Below are positions 23,890 to 37,231 of a DNA stretch of 64,000 nucleotides, piece after piece. Position 1 is the stretch's first letter, and every line of letters starts with the position of its first letter. This stretch comes from Penicillus capitatus. Taxonomy: Eukaryota; Plantae; Chlorophyta. The position numbers and the translations under genes are program-made. Under the pieces are notes generated by a model. That model had not been told where the DNA came from and did not search any database. It saw only the letters and a program-made list of their open reading frames with translations. The stretch is taken from NCBI GenBank assembly GCA_965649825.1, contig OZ287696.1, positions 1,097,101 through 1,161,100 of the forward strand, in the 5' to 3' direction.

Positions 23890-25745
23890 TCATTCTTGAA
23901 CAGCAGAAGGGCCAAGGACAGTCATGTCAGCAAAGGTTTTCCCAGAACAGTGACGTGCCAGGTCCTCTCCTTCGTAAGAAAGGAGTGGAGAGATTTCGAC
24001 GGTGTGGCCATCGGGAATGACACCTCCCTCCGCTTCGATCCATCTGACATCTCGCATGGAGATATCGATGAGGACAGACAAAGGATCATACCTCTTGTGC
24101 AGTCCAAGCAGCGCCTTTCGACCTGTATCTGGCGAATCGATCTCACTACCAGGGGCGTTTTTGACAGGAGCATGCTCGGACGCCCTTTCCACTTCCATTA
24201 AACAAACGGACGCTGCAAAGGGGAAGACATCGAAAATGAATCTCTCCAGCTTGATGCCCTACAGCAGCGTGCAGGTGTCCTGAGAGGAGACTGGAAATTG
24301 TATGTGCCTGCACATCGGTTCCGCAAGAGGGAATGCGTTTTCGGGCGATGTGATAAGGGAGTGGCATTTTGTCAGCCTTCTCGAGAAAAAACACCCGAAA
24401 ATAATGCATGCAGATGTTGCCCCAATTGAACTGCAGCTGATTCGATGACGGCTCTCTGGCACGGGCCATTTCAGAACTGAGCTCGGAATACTCAACCACT
24501 TTAGTCCGGCCACCCGATGTCACAAAGACGCCCACTTTTTCTTCGGGGTGGGTCTTGGAAACCACACGCCCACCTGGCACGTCACATCAGAAGAGCAGCC
24601 CAAAATCAGATATACGTTTGTATAACCGCAAGGTGCAGCCGATTCCCAACAGTATCCAAGAAAGAGTGGATCAGCCGCCTTAGCCAAAAGATTGTCGACG
24701 GAGAAGCAGTCCACACATTCGATGCCCAGCCGTTCCATCTCTTCCAAACATCCCGAATCCCTCAAGGCAGCATAGACACCTCCGTTGCCATTGGGAGACA
24801 TCGCCATCTAAGCCACAGGACTGTCCTCACTCCCTGCATCGGCCAAGGGGGCGCCCGGCAGCTGTTACCTTTGATGCCGTCTCGAGGATCACTTTGCCAT
24901 CTTCGGTGAAGCATGGCAGGAGACCCTGTTGAAAGAAAGAGACCTGATCTGGATCCAATCCAAAAAAGTCGTTCTCAGTGAAGAACTGTATTGTATGTTC
25001 GTGCGTGTGGATGCTTGTCATGAGGTACAGTCGAAGCAGCGTCTCCTGCTTGTCCTTCTTCTGTGCATTCGCCAGATACTGAATTCTCTGAATTCTTTCT
25101 GCATGGAGTTGAAAGAGTGGACTCTTAGAAGGCAAACCCACATCATAGCATCCCTACAAAAAAGTCTGCCCGTATGGATTGCTGCGTCTGGATGGAGACT
25201 TTTGGTTTGTTGCTGCCAAGCCTCGTCCCCTGGCCTCCGGACAAGATGAGCACCGCGACCTTGCCCTATCAAACGATCCTGTCGTGCTCCATCGTGAACA
25301 TCGAGACGCACACTTCCTATGAGATCGAGGCCCATAGCTCTCCATCTGCTCTTGTCTTCTTCCATCATGTTCTACTGGATCACATACAAAAACTGGACGC
25401 TAATAGATAGAGTCTTCATGCCTTCAACTGAAGGACATCTGTAGCCGGTTGCAACACCTCGTCTTCCATTTCTATCTCCAATATACAAACAGTCATGATG
25501 ATCACGCGAGAGGAGATTGAAGAAGGAGGACCCGTTGAATGCATGGTTGCCTGGAACGTGGCATTGAGCCCTTCAAAATCCAATCTCTGGAAAGAGGTGC
25601 TTCGGAAGGAAAATGGAATGAGGTGGTGCACTTGAATGTCTGCCACCAATGTATCTTTCTCTTGTGGACTGAGATTTGGCCATTCCTTGAAGAGATGTCC
25701 CTGGCCGGCAGCTTCAGCACGTTTTTGAATCTCCTCAAACGACAT
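23890..25745 (-). CDS. UAP1: UDP-N-acetylglucosamine pyrophosphorylase
   Basis: GQGHLF, GLPSKSPLFQLHAERI, SPNGNGGVY, SVDNLL, VVEYSEL, GNICMHYF, APVKNAPG, VEISPLLSYEGEDL. Confidence 0.93.
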
Positions 25746-25893
25746 CCCTTCCCTCTTCGCCTTTTTCCTGTCGACTCCAGAGATCTGAATGTGTCTGTGT
25801 CCTTTTCTTAATGCTCCCCAAGACCAAAGGCCACAGAATTTGGTGTGGGGTTTTGGCAGGCAAGGCGTTCGTACGTGCGGTATCGCACATCGC

Positions 25894-26676
25894 ATGATGG
25901 AACTCTTTCGACAGTCTCCCGGCGACATCCACCCACGTTCGACACTCGTGGTGGCCTCCGTATCTGTTGGCAATGTTGGTCAGCTGTCCTGTGAGCTGCT
26001 TTTGGCGAACAACGACCACCAACGCGTCGGCTATCTACTGGATCCCAATGTTCTGCCGTGTTTTGGACACGATCCATTGAGCCATGGCTCTTCTGCACTC
26101 AGTCTAGAGCTCTATCTACTCAAAGAAGCATCCCCACCGACGTATGTTCTGCAGCAGAGAGCCCCGGCGCATGTCGGGCGTCAGAGGGCATTTGCTGCCA
26201 ATCTGGTGCAGTGGATCATGCAATGCGGTTTTGAAAAGGTGGTGCTTTCGAGTTCTATCGAGTTAGAGGCACGTGGCGAAGCCCAGTTGCGCCAACAGAG
26301 ATGTTGGTACGTGCAGACAAAGCAGACATCCATCGATGCCTTCGAAGCGATCGGCGTGCCATCCCTCTTGGCACACTTGGACATACCAGAGAAGGTCTGT
26401 CACGTCACCACGGTCAAATCGATCCATAAAACAGCGTCTATCTATCAGGAGTTTCTATCTAGACGGCTCTCTCCATGGTCTGTGCTGGCCGAGTGCCAAA
26501 AACAGGACCTCCTGGCAGTCGCATTGCTGTCCTTTACTGTAGAGGGTGATAATCTGCAGGATGGTATGGAACAGACCCGACTCTTACAGTCCTTTCTGGG
26601 ACTGAAACACGTGGAGCACCTTCAGATGCCTGTCACCGTTCGGACGGTATTCGGGAGCCGCCTGAGCGTTGTCTAG
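25894..26676 (+). CDS. PSMG2: Proteasome assembly chaperone 2
   Basis: LVVASVSVGNVGQLSCELL, LDPNVLPCFG, SLELY, VLQQRAP, EGDNLQDG; one in-frame intron likely. Confidence 0.88.
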   Translation: MMELFRQSPGDIHPRSTLVVASVSVGNVGQLSCELLLANNDHQRVGYLLDPNVLPCFGHDPLSHGSSALSLELYLLKEASPPTYVLQQRAPAHVGRQRAFAANLVQWIMQCGFEKVVLSSSIELEARGEAQLRQQRCWYVQTKQTSIDAFEAIGVPSLLAHLDIPEKVCHVTTVKSIHKTASIYQEFLSRRLSPWSVLAECQKQDLLAVALLSFTVEGDNLQDGMEQTRLLQSFLGLKHVEHLQMPVTVRTVFGSRLSVV

Positions 26677-26690
26677 AATGGATACTGTGT

Positions 26691-28070
26691 TTAACTCCTT
26701 AGTCTTTTGGCAATGGTAAGAAGATCGGAGAAAACACCCATCGCCGTTACGTCAGCCCCGGCACCGGGTCCCTGAATCACGAGCGGCTGTTCATTGTATC
26801 TGGCTGTCCTGAAGATGACCATATTATCTGTCCCATTCAACCCGCCTAGCGCATGCTGAAGAGGATATCTGCACAGCAGTGCTCACGCAGATGGCGGCTG
26901 CGTAGCGTTTTATGGCTGACCTTTTCAGGGCGACATCGCATTTCTGCTCGTGGATGTTGACAATGCCGACATAGCGGAGCACTTCGTTGGCGGCATCTGC
27001 CTCCAAGATCTGACCCAACATCTCCTCGTCATGCTATAAACCGATCGTATGCATTCGAAACTGATTGGAAGGCAGACCTTTGGGAGTTCTTTCAAAAATG
27101 ATACTGCGTCTGGTATAGACTGCAGTTCTTTGGGCACCAGGCTCTCGATATCGAGGTCCTCCAATTCGATGTCCAATCCACACTCGCGTGCCAACACCAC
27201 CACTTTTCTCGCGACATCCATCCCTTCAGCATTCCACCCGATATCGAGTATGGATGGGAGCATGGACACAACCGGCAAGGTCATCTCGTGGATCCGGTTC
27301 TGTAAAGCCCAGGTCCTTTGCTTTCGAAACAACACTGGAGAATGGATTGTCTTTTGAGACTTGATTAAAGATGTATGACAGCGTTCCGCTGAAGACCCCT
27401 TCGATCGATCTGATCTCGTCGCCTGTGTCCAGAAGCGAACGCAGTGTCGAAAGCACAGGCAGCCCCGCACCCACTGTCGCCTAGAACAGTCGATGAGCAC
27501 GTGCTTCGATCGAGACGCAACTTCGTAAAGAAACTGTGCCCCTTGTGTTGCACAAAGCTCCTGTCCACGTTTGTATCGTTCCAGTGATCCCGATCCAAAT
27601 TTCTTATTCGGTGTCACGACATGGCAGCCTGCTTCCAACCATCGGGCGTAGTGATCAGGAACGTCATCCGATGCCGTGCTGTCGACGAAGATGTGACTGG
27701 TATAGGCATCACTCTTTCTCACGCTATCGAAGAAAACGCTTAAGTCCGCTTCTGTTCCCTGTCAGAAATCTTTCCATCGATCGATCAGAAGGACGTGTCG
27801 ATCGAAGGACTTGATTTTGGTAGATCTCGCTCCAGGTCTCGAAATCGATGCCGTGTGGATCGATCAGCATTCGACGCGATCCGATGACGCCGATCACGCG
27901 TGCATCGATACGATGTTTCTCCATCAGGGTCGGCGACTGACGCGTCTGTAAAATCGACGTCGCAGAAATCGATCGAATCGCACCTGTACAACGAGTTGTT
28001 TCATAAAAGTCCTGCCGATGGCTCCAGGACCGATCAGACCGACTCCGATCTTGAGTCCTGGAAGCGACAT
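26691..28070 (-). CDS. Monofunctional homoserine dehydrogenase
   Basis: MSLPGLKIGVGLIGPGAIG, FVDSTAS, HVVTPNKK, TVGAGLPV, IEGVFSGTLSYIF, GFTEPDPRDDL, GMDVARK, GPGAGADVTA; TAA 26691. Confidence 0.92.
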
Positions 28071-28116
28071 GGTTGCTGCGATAGACGTACGAGATCGCAA
28101 CTCAGATTTGCATACG

Positions 28117-29652
28117 ATGCTCCATCAAGCCGTTCGACGACTCAGCGACCCGCAAGACGAACAAGCCGCTCGGCTGGTCTCTCGACTCTTGCTTCTGGGC
28201 GAAACGCTGCTCTGTTCAGCCATTCTCTACAGAGTTCCATGTGTCTTCACATCGACACAACACACGCAGTCCATGCATCCATCACCGAATGGTTCTAGAT
28301 ACAAAAATCGATTGGGATGCATACATGCAGCAAGTCACACAAGTCCGAGAGGTACTGCGCGGAAAGCAATGCACATGGGTAAGCAAACGGAGAGGCAACA
28401 TCTAGGGCGAGAGAGACTATACTGAGCTGATGGGCGAGACAGGGCCTTGTGTTTATCCGGCCGGGTTCATCTACGCATTCTGGTTTTTGCAGTGGGCAAC
28501 AGGTGGCGGTGATGTTCCCACAGCACAGGTATGCCCCCTGTATCATCCTCACCTTTGCAACCGCATCATTTCAGATCTTCTTTGCTGTTATCTACATCTT
28601 AACGCAGGCTATTGTCTTTGAGATGTACATCAAGTAGAGCACTGCCTGGTGTTGAGGCTTCTTTGGAAGAGATCGTTGTGTAGGAGTCGTCGGATGCCTC
28701 CCTGGTCGTTGTGTCTGCTGTGCTTATCGAAGAGGCTCCATTCAATCTATCTACTGCGTCTGTTCAATGATGGTCTGGCAATGTTTGTTGCCTACGGAGC
28801 GCTCTTTGCATGGATTCAGTCATTCCCCCGTCTCTCTGTCACTCTCTTTAGCCTGGCTGTCTCGATCAAAATGAACGTCCTGTTGATGGCGCCTTCTGTC
28901 TTTATCCTTCTACTCCAGGTAATAACCGTCTTTCCCCTCAACAATCCGCTCAATAAAGTACTGAACAACAGACAGAGACCGTTGGTATTCTTCTTCAGTC
29001 TGTTGGCCTCGGAGTGATACTGCAGATCGCCTTGGGCCTCCCCTTTCTGATGCATGCCCCTCGATCTTACATCGTTCAAGCATTTGATCTCTCGCGGTCT
29101 GTTCTTTATCGAAATTGCAGATGATGCGATCGACACATGTCTTTTAGGGTGTTTACTTACGAGTGGACCGTGAATTTGAAGTTCCTTCCCGAAGCCATAT
29201 TCGTCTCGAGACCTCTGGCAACTGCCTTACTCGTTGCACATGCGATGATGCTCTCTTTCCTCGTAAAGAAATGGTGCCCGCGAGAGAGGGGGCTCCTCAG
29301 CCGCACCATTGAGCGTTTTGTCAACCGGGAGCAACGCGAGATGCGAAATGTCTCTGCAGATCATATCCTGTTCGTTGTTTTCAGTGGAAACTTTATCGGC
29401 ATCCTCTGCGCACGCAGTCTGCATTACCAGTTCTTCAGTTGGTACTTTCATTCATTGCCTTTCCTGTTATGGTGCCGTAAGCGAATCTCCGTTCCCATTA
29501 AGCTCATCGTTCTCCTCTGCATCGAGCTGTGCTGGAATGTCTTTCCGAGCACTTCGTTTTCATCCCTGACACTACTGTCTATGCATCTCTTGATTCTGAT
29601 AGGTCTGATGACCCACAAGGCGCGCGTGTTAGCTGATTCAAGAACGGACTGA
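28117..29652 (+). CDS. ALG3: Dol-P-Man:Man5GlcNAc2-PP-Dol alpha-1,3-mannosyltransferase
   Basis: IDWDAYMQQ, GETGPCVYPAGF, KRLHSIYLLRLFNDG, SIKMNVLL, WTVNLKFLPE, ARSLHYQFFSWY. Confidence 0.95.
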
Positions 29653-30032
29653 TGTCTCGGCAGTTATTCAAACGACATTGGAGGATGCGATACAGCGATG
29701 GCCATTATTTAAATAGCTCTCATGGAAAGCAGTAGTCTCATGCATGATGTGGCTCAAATCGCGGAGCGCGGGGCTGTGGATGAACACATTGGGATAATCG
29801 TCTAGATCACACACCCACCATGCCGCTGGCGTCTTACAATCAAATACACTCTCTGTCTTGTCTCCACTAAGAGACATTTCGCCAACAAAACAGGTCTGTT
29901 TATCATGCATGAGCTGTGCGGCTCATCACATGGTTTTTCAGGAAAGGAGAAAATCATAACCATGCATAAAGTGTCACGCCTTTCAGGTGCTGAAAAGGCC
30001 AATGAATGAAAAAACGTGTTCCGCGTTAGTTT

Positions 30033-30580
30033 TTGGACGCCTCGTTCGTCGACGGATGGGTCGCCGTGCCGAGTTTAGCACTCTTAAACTTCGGCGGTGT
30101 CTTCGATGTAAAGGAACCACGACGACCGTCCTTGACGGAGAAGTCAGGCACTTCTTCTGTGATCACGGGAAGATGCACGAGTGGCATGCTTTTGGTTCGG
30201 CAGTGTCGACTTAATTTTTTCTGAAGTCCTACGTCGATGATGCCTCGTCAGCCAGCCAACGTCGACAAAAGGGAGAACTTACGCGCTGCGTATTTGTAGG
30301 TCATATCCGGGTCTTTGCCCTGGGATTGAAGACAGGTTGGCATTGTGTTCGCGAGTCAGAAAGAATAACGCCTTTCAGGCTACAGGACGTTGGGAGGTTT
30401 GCACATGCACCGAAGCAAATACAACAATCTATTTATACGCCGGAGACGTTTGGATCGTTCCATCGGATGTCGTTGTTAACCACGATGTTCAACGATGCAT
30501 TGGCTGTTCAACAAGGCAACGCTATCGACGTTCCCAGCCGCAAAAAGGCAAAGGGATACTCGTATACAATGAACACCTAG
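30033..30580 (+). CDS. Possible hypothetical spliced gene
   Basis: Protein-like open frames 30033-30180 and ~30227-30580 separated by a plausible GT..AG intron; no family recognised. Confidence 0.25.
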
Positions 30581-31205
30581 TGAATACACTCAGGCAGGAA
30601 ACATCACTCGATGTGAGCAGCCAATACCGAGATACTGTTAAGCATGACTTCAGTTAAGCGTATTAGGTGGCGTAGATATCTAACAAGGTGCTTCCTGCGA
30701 TTAGGGGTTCGTAGAATTTGATAGTCCATTGTCGATGAAACAACTGAGCAATGCTTAAAGCTGAAGCCTCTCCTTATGCAGAAATCGAAACGACAACGAA
30801 ATGCTGAGCAGCATAGACACGTCTCTGCCGCTCCAACCAACACGCCCACACAGTCTCCTATCTGTACGGACGGTGTCATCTGCTCACAACACACAGCCTA
30901 TGAATGGCACTGCATCTTTCATTCCAGCTTCAGTGCTGTCAGCTTCTGTGCGTTACTAAGAAGATATCGCGCAGTCATGGGGTGCTGCTCCATGGATAGC
31001 TTCTCTCTCATGTCTTACATTTGGATGGATTGCAGCTAGAATCATCAGACCATGGGGCACTCACTCATTACAGGAGATGTTATAGACAGGCTCTGATGTG
31101 ACTGCTGGCTGCTACATATGTATGTCTTTGCCTCGCTATACAAAATGGGAAACTTCACAGCACCATCGTCCCATCAAATCTCACACGAAAGATCAGCGAA
31201 CCTAT

Positions 31206-31517
31206 TCATTTCTTCCCCTTCTTTGTGCTTCCTCGCACAGCCACGCCAACAGTCGTTGCTCCCATGACTTCATGCATGTTAATGCATTTGTCGGAATCAA
31301 ATTTCTCCTTAGGGTGTTTGGACTCAAAATGCGACTGCATGCTCTTCAGACTCGGTGCTTGTAAGCCGCATATGTAACACTTGAATTTTGCATGTCCTGC
31401 GTTGCCTCCTTTACGGTCGTTGAGACCAGCTCGACCGCCTCCTTGATTTACAGTTGACGCTCGGGCCTTAGCCACGAGCTCCTTCGATGTATGCTTTGCG
31501 GGTTTGGCCTTACCCAT
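31206..31517 (-). CDS. Small basic C2H2 zinc-finger protein (ZNF706/At2g23090-like), 103 aa, intronless
   Basis: MGKAKPAKHTSKEL..GGGRAGLNDRKGG..CYICGLQAPSLKSMQSHFESKHPK. Confidence 0.88.
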   Translation of the reverse strand: MGKAKPAKHTSKELVAKARASTVNQGGGRAGLNDRKGGNAGHAKFKCYICGLQAPSLKSMQSHFESKHPKEKFDSDKCINMHEVMGATTVGVAVRGSTKKGKK

Positions 31518-31579
31518 TAGACTGAAAGACACCGTACAGATGGGCGAAATGATGCGTTCAGCTTGTACACATTCGGGAA

Positions 31580-34500
31580 ATGATGTGGCATCGTCTATGT
31601 TCGCCAAAATGCCGTATCCTATTGCCAGAGCCGAAACTCACTCGGTTCTTTCAGCCCATCTCGCTAACGCCGCCACTGGAAGAGCGACGAAACGGCACAT
31701 CGCGATCTGTGGGGATCATGACCCAACGGGCGACGCGTTCGACCAGCGAAGCTCCAGTCGAATCGACAGGAGTCTGTCCAGAAATCTGTACACCCTTGTC
31801 GACATCACACATGCTCAAACTGAGTCCAAAGATGCATTCTGCTAGTCAAGGAGACGTTGTCTAGTCTGCCAAAGAACTTTGATCCTGCTTTCTCTGAAGA
31901 GAAGATCTATCAATGGTTGGTTGGCTGCATGATCACGTGCTTCGATGTGTCCATGCATTTTCGTAGGTGGGAAGAGAGTGGGTTCTTTGAACCTATTGCC
32001 GATGCCGATTCCTGTTTCGTGATCCCGATGCCGCCGCCGAATGTCACTGGGCGATTGCATATGGGCCATGCCATGTTTGTGGCGATGCAGGATGTCATGA
32101 TCCGTTTTGCAAGGATGCGAGGAAAGAGTGCTCTCTGGCTGCCAGGCACAGATCATGCAGGCATTGCCACTCAAGTTATTGACAACGACCACATGAGCGC
32201 CCTCTCACACTCTGGATGTTCCAGATGGTCGTGGAGAGAATGTTGAACGAACAGGGACTTCAACGCAGAGATCTTGGCAGAGAGCGATTTGAAGAAAGAG
32301 TCTGGGAATGGAAGGCCGAGTACTTAACCTCTCGTCTCTTCTCCAACGTCTAAGCAGTTGAGGATTGTTAGGTATGGAGGATTCATCACCCAGCAGCTTC
32401 GCCGATTGGGGGCGTCCTGTGATTGGTCTCGGGAAAGATTCACACTGGATCAGAAGCTCTCGAGTGAGATGAAGCTGAGCAGATGCAGATGCATAAATCG
32501 ACTGTTCTCTTAGCTGCTGTCAATGAAGCTTTCGTACGGTTGCATGAGAAGGGGCTCATTTATCGAGGGAGTTATCTGGTCAATTGGTCACCCTCGTTGC
32601 AAACCGCCGTCTCCGATTTGGAAGTGGAGTACTCGGAGGAACAGGGAACGCTTTACACTTTCAAGTGAGGACGAGGCCACAAAGTCTGTTGAATGCATCT
32701 AACGTGCTTTTTCGATTGACAGATACCCAATTGCAGATGCAGACAAGCAAGATCATATTCCTGTTGCCACGACTCGACCGGAGACGATTTTGGGCGATAC
32801 AGCTGTCGCTGTCCATCCATCCGACCAGCGCTATCAACATCTGATCGGAAAGAAATGCATTGTTCCCATGACCGATCGGCAAATTGAGATCGTTGCGGAT
32901 GATTATGTGGATATGGAATTTGGCACGGGCGCATTGAAGATCACACCTGGGCACGACCCTAACGACTACGAAATCGGACAGCGTCTTCATCTAGAGATCA
33001 TCAATATCTTGAACAAGGATGGAACGCTGAATGAAAACTCGGGAAAGTATGCAGGGCTGGATCGCTTTGAAGCACGAAAGGCATTGTGGTCTGACATGGA
33101 GGCGGCGGGACTGACCTTGAAGACGGAGAAATACCAGATGCGTGTTCCACGGAGTCAGCGAGGAGGTGAAATTATCGAACCCCTTATCAGCAAACAATGG
33201 TTCGTAAAAATGGAGCAACTGGCAAAACCGGCTCTCGATGCCGTTCGTTTGGGCGACGTCAAGATCACGCCGTCTCACTTTGAACAGATTTTTAACAACT
33301 GGCTTGAGAATATCAAAGATTGGTGCATTTCTCGTCAACTCTGGTGGGGCCACAGAATTCCGGTATGGTATGTCAGATCCGATGCCTCGCCGACCACAGC
33401 TGACAGCTACATCGTTGCTCGATCTTACACCGAAGCCCTGTCAGAAGCAAAGATGCTCTATGGTGATACGGTCGAGCTGGTTCAGGATCCTGACGTATTG
33501 GACACGTGGTTCTCATCAGGTCTCTGGCCTTTCAGTACATTGGGCTGGCCAGACACCTCAGATCCTGATTTCCAGAGATTCTATCCGACGGACGTGTTGG
33601 AGACAGGACACGACATCCTGTTCTTCTGGGTAGCCCGGATGATCATGATGGGTATCGAGTTTACAGGCAAGCCTCCTTTCTCTCTAGTCTATCTTCACGG
33701 TCTGGTGCGGGATGAGAAAGGAAGGAAGATGTCCAAATCGCTGGGCAATGTGATCGATCCGATGGACTTGGTATCACAGTACGGTGCCGATCCCCTCAGA
33801 TACACCATGGTCACAGGCATCGCAGTGGGACAAGATCTCAACTTGAATCTTGAAAAGTTCACATCCGCGCGGCATTTTGCTAACAAGCTGTGGAACATCG
33901 GAAAATTCATCGGTATGAATCTGCCCAGCCATCCAAATGAGCGTGGGAGCTTGGCGGATGTCGATTTCTCGACAGGAGACAGTATTGCGTCATTGCCTGT
34001 CGTTGAAAGATGGATCCTCAGTCGATTGCATCAGCTTGTCGACCGGATGACCGATTTGCAAGAGCGATACGATCTGAGTGAAGCAGGAAGAGAACTGTAC
34101 GAGTTTATCTGGTTTGATTTTGCAGATTGGTATGTCGAGGCTGCCAAAACGCGCCTTGGCACAACAGCAGATCCTTCCCTCAAACGACAGTCGCAGTGTG
34201 TCTTGGTCTACTGTTTCGATCGCATTCTGAGAATGATGCATCCTTATATGCCGTTCATAAGCGAACGTCTCTGGCAAGCGATGCCGCATCGAGGCATCTC
34301 TTTGGCAATGCGTTCGTGGCCAGAGACAGAAGCTGCTGTCGATGATGATGCGCTGGCGGTGGTCGATGCCCTGCAGTCAACTGTTCGAGCTGTCAGAAAT
34401 GCTCGTGCCGAGTACAATGTCGATCAGGGACGCAATATACCTGGCAGTGTGGTCGTTCCGGATCGGCAATTGCTGGAAGTCCTTCAGTCCGAGGCAGATG

Positions 34501-34844
34501 TCGTGACACTGCTGGCCAAGATGCGCCGAGATCAAACAGCTTTTGTCGCATCTCTGCCGAACGGCGCCACATCGAAAGAAGAGATGATCACATTGATCGT
34601 GAAGTATGGCATCGAAGTGGTATTGCCGATGTCTGGACTCTTCGATCCGGCCAAAGAACGCGAACGGCTTGAGAAACAGAAGGCAAAGGTGGCGAAAGAA
34701 TTCGAGGATCTGCAGAAGAGATTGCAAAACCAGAGTTTCCTACAGAAGGCGCCAGCAGATGTGGTGGATGGCGTACGATCCAAGTGCAACGAAGCAGAAG
34801 CACAGTTGGCGCAAATCTCTCTGAAGATTGCATCCCTTACATGA
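31580..34844 (+). CDS. valS: Valyl-tRNA synthetase, organellar (bacterial) type
   Basis: [14 protein letters not shown] (HIGH), [36 protein letters not shown]-terminal coiled-coil arm; N-terminal transit-like peptide. Confidence 0.97.
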
Positions 34845-34919
34845 CGCCGAGATCTGGACGGATCTCTGGACACCGATCGCGTTTTTGCACAGATATTTTT
34901 TGGTGTGTTCTTCACATCA

Positions 34920-36643
34920 TCATTCTTCTTCTTGTTGTTCGTCTTGTAACAGATGAAGCAAATCGGGCGATACCATGGCAGGTATGGCATGTTCTTTGAG
35001 GACAGCTGCCGTCGATGACCACGCCGTCTCCGACGAAATCACGACCACGAGATCGTAATCGAGGTCGAATTTCATATACTTTGTACGGCAGGTCTTCACC
35101 ATATGGACAAGTTGCTTAATATCATGCACCTCCTCATTGTTAAAACGCAAAACCTAAGAAGCGTGTGCACCATCAGCAGACATACAGGACAGAAGGTGCT
35201 TTGTTTGACCTGAGCATTTTCCAAGTCTTCGTATCCCACTGAGAGATCGCACGCCAGGACTTGTGATAGAAGAACGACCTGATCGCCCGTTTTCTTCGGC
35301 CGTCCAAAGAAGAGATTGTTCAGGAGCTTAACAGGAGACTCGGTATCGAAGTCCATTCCATACTCGCTGACGAGATAGGGTTCATTCAGGGTGGTGAACA
35401 CAAAGCCGGCTAGAATGAAGTAAGAGGGAGCCCCGTTGTCCAGATGCGCCGGCACCAGATTTTCCAATTTCTGTAACCTGACACCGTGGATGACGGTTAG
35501 TGTCACGTCACTGAGCGCAGAGATCTCACCGGATCTGAAAGGAATGTTGCGTATTGTCTCTCAGAATTGTTACGGTTGCAACATCTCCGACGTATTTCTG
35601 GGCCACGAGATAGGTGAAGGAGATCCGCTCGTCCGTACGAAAAGGAACGGTCCCATCGTTTGCCAAATTCACTCGGTCGAATTCCAGCAGAACATCTCCC
35701 GGAAGAAGCACACCATGAGAACTCGATGTTGGATTGACGGAACGAATCAGCACGCCCGACTGATCAGACGTTAGGCCGTATGCCTCCCTCAGATCAGCAG
35801 ATTCCAGTTTCTGCCATTGGATGCCTAGACTTGGGAATCCGGTAAACGCTTTATTGCGTCTGTAGTCCAGAAGAAAGTGTTGAATGACGGGAGTGGGGAC
35901 GACGTAGCCAATGTTTTCGATATCCGTTCCAGCATAGGACTGAAAGGCAATGCCAACACATACACCGTGTTCATCGAAAACGGGCCCACCAGAATTGCCA
36001 CTGTTGATCGCTGCATCGATCTGGACTCCCAGTAAATCACAACTGCCGTGCAAGTACTGTGTCACTTCGACACGTGAGACCACACCAGATGTGACCGAAA
36101 TGGTATCACCTCCTACTGGATATCCCACCACAGTCACATGGTCTTGCAGATTCGGCAAGGGTCCGAGACACAGAGGACTGATGCCTTCCCAGAATTCCGA
36201 TTCGTCTACGGTTAACAGAGCGATATCGCAATCGGTGCCGATGGACAAGACACGTGCAATAAACTTGCGATCCTTGTCCCTTCTCTTCACCTGGACCTAA
36301 CAGCCGACGATACAGATGCGGTCAGCGTCTTAAGTACAGAAAGAGTGCGAACTTGGGAGTAGTACGAAACGGAATGGGCATTGGTCAGCACCCATCGCTC
36401 CTTTCCCTGTGCCACCATAAACCCGCTACTGCTGGACGCGTACTGACGCTTTCGCTGCCAGGGAAGCGAGAAGTTCGGCTCTGTGTGTTTGCAGAACACT
36501 TTGACAACGGCATTGAGTCCAGCCTGAGATCAAGATACCGATCTGCACATGGTTGGTCACACTTTTGAAAGAATGACCTGAAATTCGATGTGTTCCTCCT
36601 CATCTTCTTCGCCCTCCTCGTCAACGTCGATGCCTCCCGGCAT
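34920..36643 (-). CDS. Deg/HtrA serine protease (Deg2/Deg9 group)
   Basis: [22 protein letters not shown]; triad TNAHSV, CDIALL, GNSGGP; PDZ region and C-terminal second PDZ. Start uncertain. Confidence 0.92.
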
Positions 36644-37231
36644 GAGGGAGAAGAAATACCTCCCAGGTTTCGCCGCCGTCAATCGACGCGTGCGTTCGTC
36701 ATCAGGTTTGAAGGCCGATGACGTCAAAAGGCCTTTTCGGCCGTCGCGTCTCGCGAAGAAAGGTCTGGTAGGGTACGCAGTCGGGATCCTGTCAACACCC
36801 CTTTGATCTCTGCACTCGCCTCGTGGTTAAGAGGACGCACTTTCGAACAGCAGAAGAGAGTGTAACGTGCTGCACGAGCAGCCGCTGCAGACAACCCCGC
36901 AACATATCGATTTTAGCAATCCTGCTGCATGACACGTATTCGAATCTGCGCGTACCTGCCACCGAGTCGATCCGTCAAAGACAACCATACACAACGAGAC
37001 ATTATTGCATAGACATCGATGATATCCTCACATGAAAATGACAGACTTGTAAAGAAAAAAAGCACAACAACAGCAAAGAGCGCACACAGCGACGCATCTT
37101 CCTTTCTTGACGACACGTACATCATCATCATCGACTTACTAGATTGTTTGTTGCCGTTGTCGGGCATGGATAGGCTGAAAGGGTTCAGTAGATAATAGGG
37201 TGGGTGATGTGAGTGGGATAATAAAGAATCG

